Origin: an uncultured Planctomycetia bacterium
GTDB taxonomy: Bacteria; Omnitrophota; Gorgyraeia; 2-01-FULL-45-10
Direction of reading: 5' to 3'
DNA length: 64,000 bases
NCBI GenBank assembly: GCA_964433975.1
Contig: CAYSSS010000001.1
Location: 7,989-71,988, forward strand
The notes beneath the pieces are model-generated. The model did no database searches, had not been told where the DNA came from, and saw nothing but the letters and a program-made list of their open reading frames with translations. The position numbers and the translations under genes were made by a program. The number at the start of each line of letters is the position of its first letter. Position 1 is the stretch's first letter. Below are positions 43,271 through 51,529 of the stretch, piece by piece.

Positions 43271-44157
43271 GATATGCAGTTTATGTAAAAGGCGAAAGAG
43301 GTTTTTATTCATTAAAAGGATTGCTGGCGCGCAAACTGATACCGGTTGTATGTGTCGGTGAAGAGCGCGAACGCGCAATAGCAAAATTATGCAAGAAATC
43401 CAAAATCCCGTACATTATTGAAAAGAGTCCCGGGACAAAGGCGCACATCGTCGTTACTAATAAGCGTAAGCTGGATCTTCTCGTATGCGCCGGCTATAGC
43501 CGCATTCTTCCGGAAGAGCTCTTTTTGAGCCTCCGCTACGGCGCCATTAACTGCCATGGTGGGAGGCTGCCTCAATATCGGGGGGCTTCTCCGATACCAT
43601 GGCAAATTATTAACGGAGAGACCTACGGTATAGCATATGTTATTAAGATGACAAAAGATATTGACAATGGGCCGATGCTCGCGCAAGAGCGCTACGAAAT
43701 TAAAGAAAATGACACGGCGCGCAATATTACCGATAAAGTTACAAAGATTTTTTATAGGATCGTGCCGAAAGTCGTTAAATTATATGCTAGTGATAATCCG
43801 CCTAAAGGGGCTCCTCAAGACGAAAGAGATGCTTGCCGTTGGACACGGCGTTACCCTGATGACGGAATTATTGCCTGGAACAGGCTTACAGCAAAGCAGG
43901 TTGTTAATCTTATCAGAGCACTGGACGATCCTTATCCCGGCGCATTTCTTCTGCGTAAAAAGGAGAAGGTCGTTATTAGGCGGGCAAGAGTTTTTGATAA
44001 ATTGGTGATGGGGATACCGGGCCGTTTTATAGGCAGGACTTCGCATGGCGCGCTGATTCTCGCCACGGATGGAGCCGTAGAAGTCCTGGAGTTCGCTTAT
44101 AAAGGGAAGCATTTTCCGGGAAACGAGTTTCCCGGAAGGTATGGAGAAACATATTAG
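43267..44157 (+). CDS. Formyltransferase (Fmt/ArnA-N-terminal-domain-like sugar N-formyltransferase)
   Basis: LLVCAGYSRILPEELF, INCHGGRLPQYRGASPIPWQIINGE (N/H catalytic motif), IDNGPML (catalytic Asp), and a C-terminal Fmt-type OB-like domain. ATGA overlap with the upstream gene. Confidence 0.8.
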   Translation: MRYAVYVKGERGFYSLKGLLARKLIPVVCVGEERERAIAKLCKKSKIPYIIEKSPGTKAHIVVTNKRKLDLLVCAGYSRILPEELFLSLRYGAINCHGGRLPQYRGASPIPWQIINGETYGIAYVIKMTKDIDNGPMLAQERYEIKENDTARNITDKVTKIFYRIVPKVVKLYASDNPPKGAPQDERDACRWTRRYPDDGIIAWNRLTAKQVVNLIRALDDPYPGAFLLRKKEKVVIRRARVFDKLVMGIPGRFIGRTSHGALILATDGAVEVLEFAYKGKHFPGNEFPGRYGETY

Positions 44158-44160
44158 AAT

Positions 44161-44823
44161 ATGAAAAGTGCCGATCAGAAGATATATTGGGAAGAGAGGA
44201 TAGACAGGTTCGATGTCATCTATGACGACAATAAGGGATTAAGGGAAATAACTTTTTTGTCTAAAATCGTTGAGCCTTTTCGGAAGAAGAGCCTGAGAGA
44301 GCGATTCGAATATGCCGTCATGTACTTACAGGAAGCCGGAATCAAAGATAAAACATTTATTGACGGGGGATGCGGAACGGGCAGGTTTACCGAATTTCTG
44401 CTATCAGGTGGGGCTGCGGAGGTTTATGCTATTGACATAACAGAAAGAGCAATTGAACTAGCAAAAGCGAGAATAGCGAAAAGCTGCCCGGACAAGATCA
44501 AGGATGCGCACTTTATTGTCGGAGATGTAACACGGGTTGTCTTACCGCGCACAGATTACTTTATCGGCCTGGGATTGGTAGAATATTTGGAAGATATCCA
44601 CGCGTTTCTTAAGAATATAAAGAGCAGATTCATTATCCTCAATTATCCGCATAAATATCATTGGAAGCGGATCATAAGGATGGTTGTTGAGTATTTTGAA
44701 AAATCGACGCGGCATTACTATTCTGCCGCCGAAATGAAGAAGGTGTTTCAACAAAATCATTTTGAACTGCAAAAACGAATTTCGTTCGGCGCAAGTATTT
44801 TGGAAATATACGAAAGAACATGA
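44161..44823 (+). CDS. Class I SAM-dependent methyltransferase
   Basis: Motif I FIDGGCGTGRFTEFL, post-I AIDIT, and GLGLVEYLED. Confidence 0.75.
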   Translation: MKSADQKIYWEERIDRFDVIYDDNKGLREITFLSKIVEPFRKKSLRERFEYAVMYLQEAGIKDKTFIDGGCGTGRFTEFLLSGGAAEVYAIDITERAIELAKARIAKSCPDKIKDAHFIVGDVTRVVLPRTDYFIGLGLVEYLEDIHAFLKNIKSRFIILNYPHKYHWKRIIRMVVEYFEKSTRHYYSAAEMKKVFQQNHFELQKRISFGASILEIYERT

Positions 44824-44826
44824 GCG

Positions 44827-45741
44827 ATGCAGAATAACAAAAATTTGGGTTTAAGAGTAGACGTTGATTTCGAAGTGGGCCTATTGAAAGGCGTGCCTTA
44901 TTTATTAGATCTCTTTTCGAAAAATGGTATCAAGGCCACATTTTATGTGGCCATGGGGCCCGACGGGTTTTGCCGTCATAGGCATAGAATTAAAACGGAC
45001 GGTTATATGAAACGTATTACGACACTTAACCCATGTAAGATGATTTTTAATTTGGGTATTCCTTATATTGCCAAGCAATTTATCGGCCGTGCCGGCAATG
45101 TGGGGCAGGATCATCCCGCAATACTAAAGAGTATTTTAGCGCAAGGACATGAACTGGCTGTGCATGGATACGATCATTTTTGGTGGGCGGAGCATATTTG
45201 GGACTGCGAAGATAGTAAAACTGAGATCGATATGAAAATGAGTTTGGCGGCATTTAAGCGGATTGTGGGTGTTGATTCGAGCACATGGGCTTCGCCTAAT
45301 TGGCGCTGTTCTACAGCATCTCTGAAACTCGTCGATTCGTATAATTTCTCATACGCGGCAGATTGCCGCGGGAAGTCTCCTTTTTTCCCTCGCATTAGTA
45401 ACTGGCAGGCAAAGACAATACAGCTTCCTGTTACATTACCTTGCTTACACGAAATAAAAGGTTATCTAAAGAACGGGGATCGCGATTCTGTTATTTCAGA
45501 ATTTATGTCACGTCTCAGTGATACATTCAATATCTGGTGCATCCATGATTATTATGAAGGGATTCTCGAGAGGAGGCTCTTTTCAGGCACAGTAAGCAAC
45601 ATCATGTCGAAGGGTTATAAATTAATCCCGGTAAAGGAGTTGTTGAGCGCTGTCAACTTGAAAGACGTCGCTTCCTGTGAAGTTATAAGGCATAAATTAC
45701 CCGGAGGCAGGGGGGAAGTAAGCTGCCAAAATGAAACATAA
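44827..45741 (+). CDS. ArnD-like polysaccharide deacetylase-fold deformylase
   Basis: LGLRVDVDFEVGLLKGVPYLLDLFSKNGIKATFYVAMGPD, HGYDH, ADCRGKSPFFP, and IQLPVTLP. These are collinear with E. coli ArnD (GLRIDVD...GVPRLL...VGPD...SDCRG..PF.P...PVTLP, recalled from memory). Confidence 0.75.
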   Translation: MQNNKNLGLRVDVDFEVGLLKGVPYLLDLFSKNGIKATFYVAMGPDGFCRHRHRIKTDGYMKRITTLNPCKMIFNLGIPYIAKQFIGRAGNVGQDHPAILKSILAQGHELAVHGYDHFWWAEHIWDCEDSKTEIDMKMSLAAFKRIVGVDSSTWASPNWRCSTASLKLVDSYNFSYAADCRGKSPFFPRISNWQAKTIQLPVTLPCLHEIKGYLKNGDRDSVISEFMSRLSDTFNIWCIHDYYEGILERRLFSGTVSNIMSKGYKLIPVKELLSAVNLKDVASCEVIRHKLPGGRGEVSCQNET

Positions 45742-45758
45742 ACGATTGGATTGAATAT

Positions 45759-47660
45759 ATGTGCGGTGTATGCGGTATTATTGATTTTTCCGGTAAAAAG
45801 GTTGATCCATCGCGTATTCGTAAGATGGCCACTCTCTTGGAACACCGCGGCCCGGACGATGAAGGCATTTTCTGTAAAGACAATGTAGGTATTGGGCACC
45901 GCAGGCTGGCAATCCTTGATTTAACGCAAGCCGGTCACCAGCCCATGACCAACGAAGACAATACGATTTGGATAGTTTTTAATGGGGAAATTTATAATTT
46001 TAATGAGTTGAAAACCAAATTGACACATTTGGGACATAAATTTAAGTCTTGTTCCGACACAGAAGTTATTATTCACGGATATGAGGAGTGGGGTACGTCG
46101 TGTTGGGAGAAATTGGATGGTATGTTCGCGTTTGCATTATGGGATGAGCGCAAGGAAGAGTTGTATCTTGTCCGGGACCCATTTGCCATTAAGCCGCTTT
46201 ATTGGACGCAGCAAAATAATGCAATAATTTTTGCGTCGGAGATAAAAAGTATTTTGGGCTCCGGCATGGTGGATCGCCGCGTTAATTACTCGACGCTTTC
46301 CAATTTCTTTACGTATTTTTATACCCCGGGCCCGGAAACGATGATTGAGGATGTTTTTCATGTTAAGCCGGGCAGGGCTATTACATTCAGCAAAAAAAAT
46401 GTGTCGGAGCATCGTTATTGGCGCCTAAGGCCGAACGAGTCCTTGAAATCGGTAAAGTTTGACGATCTGCTTGATATGTTAAAAGCTGAATGCAGGCACG
46501 CTGTAAAAAAATCCCTGGTTTCAGATGTTCCGGTCGGGTTGCTGCTTTCGAGTGGCCTCGATTCCAATATTATACTGAGTGAATTGTTGAATTTAAAATG
46601 CCGCGATCTCCAGACAATAACCGTGGGCTTCAGGGAATCTTCTTTTGACGAAGCTTCTCTGGTGAAAAAAACAGTTGGAAATCTCGGAATCAAAAGCCAT
46701 ATCGTATATACGGAAGACCACGATATTCCGGCTGTTTTTGATCATATGGTTTATCATCAGGATTCTTTAAACGCGAACGTCGCTAATCTTCCCGAGTATC
46801 TTATCGTAAAAGCTGCTTCGAAATACGCGAAGGTTGTTCTGGCAGGGGCAGGCAATGACGAACTTTTTGCGGGCTATTCAACATACATGGCGGATAAAAT
46901 TCGGCCATACTATCTTTTATTTCCGCGTTTTATCAGGAATTTAATCGGCAAATTGGCAGGACGACTGCCGCAGAGGGAATATAAATACAGCTTAGATTAC
47001 CTCTTCCGCAAATTTGTTGAAGGAGCGGAGTATTCTCCCCAAAAAAGCCACTACTGGTGGCGTACTATTTTTACGGATGAAGCAAAGAAAGAGCTCTTTG
47101 CCGGCCATGCTTCATTATCCACAACCGCGAGTGACAGCTTTTTGATCTATAAGCGGTACTATGATGAAGTCGAAAAGGAGTTTAGTTTCAGCGCGCAATC
47201 GTTATACGCGGACTTCTTCCTATTCTGTAATGAAAACGCAAATATGATGGTGGATAATCTTAGCATGGCATTTTCTCTGGAAGTAAGGCCGCCATTTTTG
47301 ACAAAACGGTTTGTTGAATTTGCTTTTAACATCCCGTACAATATTAAGCTAAAGGGTAATATCACAAAATACTGTCTCAGGAAAGCTTATAGTAAAAATT
47401 TATCCAAGCGTATTGTCAACAGCAAAAAATCCGGATTGGTATCTCCTGTTTCGCAGCTGATACGGGGCCCATTAAAGGATATGATTTACGATACATTTGC
47501 GGGCGCGTCAAAGTACGGTTATTTAAATAAGCCATATATTGACAGGTTATTATCGGACCATATGTCAGGCAGAAAGAATTACGCGTTCCATATATACCTG
47601 CTATTTACATTTATGAGGTGGCATGAGATCTTTATCAGTTCAACATCTGAGTGTACTTAG
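45759..47660 (+). CDS. Asparagine synthase (glutamine-hydrolysing) family amidotransferase, paralogue 1
   Basis: MCGVCG (Cys2 nucleophile), GHRRLAILD, GHQPM, FNGEIYNF, and the PP-loop LLSSGLDSN. 633 aa. Confidence 0.85.
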   Translation: MCGVCGIIDFSGKKVDPSRIRKMATLLEHRGPDDEGIFCKDNVGIGHRRLAILDLTQAGHQPMTNEDNTIWIVFNGEIYNFNELKTKLTHLGHKFKSCSDTEVIIHGYEEWGTSCWEKLDGMFAFALWDERKEELYLVRDPFAIKPLYWTQQNNAIIFASEIKSILGSGMVDRRVNYSTLSNFFTYFYTPGPETMIEDVFHVKPGRAITFSKKNVSEHRYWRLRPNESLKSVKFDDLLDMLKAECRHAVKKSLVSDVPVGLLLSSGLDSNIILSELLNLKCRDLQTITVGFRESSFDEASLVKKTVGNLGIKSHIVYTEDHDIPAVFDHMVYHQDSLNANVANLPEYLIVKAASKYAKVVLAGAGNDELFAGYSTYMADKIRPYYLLFPRFIRNLIGKLAGRLPQREYKYSLDYLFRKFVEGAEYSPQKSHYWWRTIFTDEAKKELFAGHASLSTTASDSFLIYKRYYDEVEKEFSFSAQSLYADFFLFCNENANMMVDNLSMAFSLEVRPPFLTKRFVEFAFNIPYNIKLKGNITKYCLRKAYSKNLSKRIVNSKKSGLVSPVSQLIRGPLKDMIYDTFAGASKYGYLNKPYIDRLLSDHMSGRKNYAFHIYLLFTFMRWHEIFISSTSECT

Positions 47661-47702
47661 ATGGTGAAAAACTGATTTCTAACGATCAGCAGACAGGAAA
47701 GC

Positions 47703-49244
47703 ATGAAAGTAGCATTAGTTAGCCCTATTATGAGTAAATTAAGGACTGGCAACTTACCTATCCCGCAGGGTATTCTTTCGTTGAGCGCGATGGTAAAAAG
47801 CAAAAAATGCCAGTGCGATATTCTGGACTACAATAAATACGATTATGGGGTTGAGAAATTAAAGAAGTATGACCTCGTAGGCCTTTCGGTTCTTACAGGC
47901 CAATTGCCACATGCCACGTATCTTGCAAATGCGATTATTAAAAATACAAAAATTGTATGGGGCGGTATCCACTGTTTGTTCGACCCGCTTTCAATACTGC
48001 GCAGCTATCCCGGCACCTTTGTTATTTCCGGAGAAGGAGAGGTCCCGCTTTCAAATTTAATAGATCACTTGTCCGGCTATCAGCCGGATATAGACGGCAT
48101 AGCCGGATTATCTTACTCCGATGTAAGAGAATTTAAAGTTAAAAAACCGTTTTTTTTAGAAGATATTAATGTCCTGCCGGATGTTGATTACTACGACCTG
48201 CCTTATCTTGAAAAGTACTTGAATGGCGATCTACAGTATTTTGGAAGAAGAGTTAGAACGCTGGAGGTCGTTACAAGCAGAGGCTGCTGCTGGGATTGCA
48301 GTTTTTGCATAAATTCGATCTTCAGGAAGCACAAGGCATTTCATCGGTCCAAGACATTCGAGAAGATCAGAAGAGAGGTAGAGAAGCCCATCAAGGATTT
48401 TAAGATAGAGGCACTTCTTCCGGCCGATGATGATTTTTTCGCAAACAAGAAGCTTTTGTCAGACTGGTCATCTTACACAAGAGAGAAAGGTCTTTTATGG
48501 CGGGGGAATTGCAGATATAACTATCTGGGTAGGCCTAGCTTAATGCCGGAAGATCTCAAGAGGCTTGCCGGTTCAGGCCTTTTTGAGGTTGCTATGAGCA
48601 TTGAAGCCGCGGATGAGGGGATGAGAAACATGCTGCTGAATAAGGTCCTCAAGGATATCGATATAATAAAAGGCGTCAATGTGATGAAGGAGAGCAAGAC
48701 AGACATAGTGGTAAATACGAGTTTCATATCGTACTTCCCCGGAGATACAGGGGAAAATAGGATCAAGATGATCAAGATGATGGATTATTTAAGTAAAAAT
48801 CTCAACATCGTCTTTTCTGGCCCGCAGGTCTACAGAATATATCCGGGAAGTAAGATGTCCAATATCGAAAATGATAAGGTTGCGAATGACCTGCACTATT
48901 ATCTGGATAACCTGACGTTTGATGGTTGGTTAAAATCCGAATTGAAAGAAGATGAGGATGAGTTGCTGTTCTTTTCGATAGTGTTGGCTCACTTTTTTAA
49001 TACCAGATTTAGTTTTATAGAGAGGTCCGGGAGCAATGAAGTGAGAAAAACTGTTTCCAAAAAAGACGGTTTGTTGGTAAGGCTGATCATGTCCGTGTTG
49101 ATGGTCACAGTTACCATCAGGTTGAGGACCAATTTTTGGGGGTTCTTTATCGAACCGCGTTACATAGGTAAATTGTATCGTTGGATAAGAAGCATAGGCA
49201 GATTTCTCACGAATTCTTCCGAAGCGGCGGTGAATTATTCATGA
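47703..49244 (+). CDS. Cobalamin-binding-domain (class B) radical SAM enzyme
   Basis: N-terminal B12-type domain (VALVSP...LVGLSVLT...IVWGGIHC...ISGEGEVPL), then SRGCCWDCSFC. 513 aa. Confidence 0.8.
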   Translation: MKVALVSPIMSKLRTGNLPIPQGILSLSAMVKSKKCQCDILDYNKYDYGVEKLKKYDLVGLSVLTGQLPHATYLANAIIKNTKIVWGGIHCLFDPLSILRSYPGTFVISGEGEVPLSNLIDHLSGYQPDIDGIAGLSYSDVREFKVKKPFFLEDINVLPDVDYYDLPYLEKYLNGDLQYFGRRVRTLEVVTSRGCCWDCSFCINSIFRKHKAFHRSKTFEKIRREVEKPIKDFKIEALLPADDDFFANKKLLSDWSSYTREKGLLWRGNCRYNYLGRPSLMPEDLKRLAGSGLFEVAMSIEAADEGMRNMLLNKVLKDIDIIKGVNVMKESKTDIVVNTSFISYFPGDTGENRIKMIKMMDYLSKNLNIVFSGPQVYRIYPGSKMSNIENDKVANDLHYYLDNLTFDGWLKSELKEDEDELLFFSIVLAHFFNTRFSFIERSGSNEVRKTVSKKDGLLVRLIMSVLMVTVTIRLRTNFWGFFIEPRYIGKLYRWIRSIGRFLTNSSEAAVNYS

Positions 49245-51478
49245 AAGCTATTCTAGTTCTCGACATGTCCTACACTCTTAAGATGTTCAGGGAGAGGCAT
49301 ATGAAAAAGGCCCTGGATAGTAGAAAGCTGGGTGGGTATTTTGAAAGGGTGATTTCGGTGCACCCGTTAGCCGGATTGTTCGAGTCAGGGGATACTAGAT
49401 TTGGTGATCCCGTGATCACTGAACTTGATGATTCACATGTGTTTGTAGAAGGCAAGATCGGCCTTAGCCGGACATGGAGATTTGTACCCCCATTGAATTT
49501 ACTTTTGGCGCAGATTAGGCTCTTTCGGTTGTTGTTAAAGATGTCTAGGAAGGTAAAAGTAGACGTTGTGCGCATTGGAGATCCGTATTATTTGGGGTTA
49601 ATGGGGTTGTTTTTGGCGAGAATGATAAGGGTCCCTTTAGCAATCCGCGTCTGTCTTAGGTACGATGAAATATTTAAAGTAACAGGCAAGCCCGTGATGC
49701 CGCGTTTGTTCAGATTTCGTTGGGTTGAAAAAGTTGTTGAAAGGTTCGTATTTAAACATTGCGATTTAATCGCTGGGGCAAACGAGGACAATATGAATTA
49801 TGCTCTGGAGAATGGGGGGCGATCTGATGTTGCAACAGTTTTCCGGTATGGCAATTTGATACATACGGACCACTGGCAGGAACCGAGTAAGCGTGCTAAT
49901 GCAGATAAACAGCTTGTTGAGCTTGGGCTGGCAGATAAAAAATTTATAGCAACGGTAGCCCGGTTAGAACCAATGAAAAGAACGGAAGATGTAATTCGTG
50001 TTGTTGCCGAACTTATTCGACGAGGACACCCTATTAAGTGTCTCATTGTTGGGGATGGAACATCGAGGAAAGGGTTGGAGGGTTTGACAGCCACATTGGG
50101 GGTGGAGGATGCGGTAATCTTTGCTGGTAATCGAAACCAGGAATGGATCGCCACCATCCTGCCAAGAGCCGCAGTCATTATTTCACCACATATGGGAAGA
50201 GCGTTAACGGAAGCGGCGCTTGCCGGAGTGCCTATAATCGCTTACGATTATGACTGGCAAAGAGAGATTGTTTTCAGTGGGCAAACCGGCTATTTGGTGC
50301 CGAATAAAGATTGGGCGGAATTATTGGACAAAACAGAAAGTATACTAAATAATCCTGCCAGTGCGAAAAAAATGGGAGAGAATGCGCGCGCAAAAATACT
50401 AAATATGATGGATCCTGAAAAATTGGAAATCCATGAAAAAAATGAATATTCGAAAACAGCAAATAGATTTTCTATGAAAAAAGTGTTTCACTTTGTACCC
50501 TCGATGGACATAGGGGGTGTCGAGATAGCAATTAGTAAATCATTGCCAGATCTTAAGCAAAGGCTAGATATTAGTGTTTTTTATGTAAAGTGTCGTGGAA
50601 ACTTGGATGTTGGTCAGATGCCATGGTGGAGATCCTTTAAAAATATTTTTTATGCCAGACCAGATGTCGTTATCACCTCGCTCTGGTGGGCTCATCCATT
50701 TGGTTTTTTATTCAGATTAGCTGGCATAAGGTGGATCTGTTTTATGCATAGTTCACAATCCATCCATTTTATTGATCAGCTGGTATGCGTTCTAGCCATA
50801 TGGTTTTCGAGCGAGATTGCGACCGATTCCGATCAGGCAACGGCCTTTGTCCGCTCGATCAAGAAAACAGCAAATGTTCATATAGTCCCTTATATATTCT
50901 CCCTGCCTCCTGAGGTAAGGAGAGTTGAGCGTGTCAAAAACGCATTCATTTATGTGGGGCGAAGTACAAAAGAAAAGCGCATGGATCTTGTCTCCGGGTT
51001 TTTTAGGTATCTTTTAGAAACATTACCCACCGTTACTTGCAGATTCGTGATTGCAGGCAACATTCCAACGGATGTTTTAAATTTAATAGATACTTTTGGA
51101 AAGCGCGTTGTTGTTGATTTGAATATATCAAACAGCGACGTACTGCAACGGCTATGCCAATCAGAATACTTCGTGGTGCTTTCGGATCTTGAAGGTTTTT
51201 GCATGGCCGCATACGAGGCAGTTCAGGCCGGATGTTTTATCATATACAGAGATGCGGGTGAAATTAAAAACTATGTTCTTCCTGAACAGTCCTTAAAGGT
51301 GACGGATCCTGGAAATTTTTATAATCAATTTGACAAGATCTTAACAAAAAGAAATAAGATTAATCCTAGAGATGTCCAGGGTGCTGAGCTGAAATTACGA
51401 AACAATGTCAGCGCCACATATATCTCTCACTTTATGGCCTTAGTAGAAAATAAGCGAGAACATTGTAAGGACGATTGA
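49241..51478 (+). CDS. Tandem-fused double GT4 (GT-B fold) glycosyltransferase
   Basis: 745 aa. The first module carries ARLEPMKRTEDVI...GRALTEAALAGVPIIAYD. The second carries VGRSTKEKRMDLV...EGFCMAAYEAVQAGCFII. Both show the GT4 E-x7-E region. ATGA overlap with the upstream gene. The ORF is also open from 49181. Confidence 0.75.
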   Translation: MKAILVLDMSYTLKMFRERHMKKALDSRKLGGYFERVISVHPLAGLFESGDTRFGDPVITELDDSHVFVEGKIGLSRTWRFVPPLNLLLAQIRLFRLLLKMSRKVKVDVVRIGDPYYLGLMGLFLARMIRVPLAIRVCLRYDEIFKVTGKPVMPRLFRFRWVEKVVERFVFKHCDLIAGANEDNMNYALENGGRSDVATVFRYGNLIHTDHWQEPSKRANADKQLVELGLADKKFIATVARLEPMKRTEDVIRVVAELIRRGHPIKCLIVGDGTSRKGLEGLTATLGVEDAVIFAGNRNQEWIATILPRAAVIISPHMGRALTEAALAGVPIIAYDYDWQREIVFSGQTGYLVPNKDWAELLDKTESILNNPASAKKMGENARAKILNMMDPEKLEIHEKNEYSKTANRFSMKKVFHFVPSMDIGGVEIAISKSLPDLKQRLDISVFYVKCRGNLDVGQMPWWRSFKNIFYARPDVVITSLWWAHPFGFLFRLAGIRWICFMHSSQSIHFIDQLVCVLAIWFSSEIATDSDQATAFVRSIKKTANVHIVPYIFSLPPEVRRVERVKNAFIYVGRSTKEKRMDLVSGFFRYLLETLPTVTCRFVIAGNIPTDVLNLIDTFGKRVVVDLNISNSDVLQRLCQSEYFVVLSDLEGFCMAAYEAVQAGCFIIYRDAGEIKNYVLPEQSLKVTDPGNFYNQFDKILTKRNKINPRDVQGAELKLRNNVSATYISHFMALVENKREHCKDD

Positions 51479-51529
51479 CAATAACGGGTTAGAGGGATTT
51501 TTAGCATTAATAACTTAAGGTGTTAAATT

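Noticed and set aside
47672-47689. Inverted repeat CTGAT-N8-ATCAG after asnB-1 as a possible intrinsic terminator.
   Set aside because: The stem is only 5 bp, the loop is 8 nt, and no U-tract follows (the next bases are CAGACAGG). It is too weak to call.
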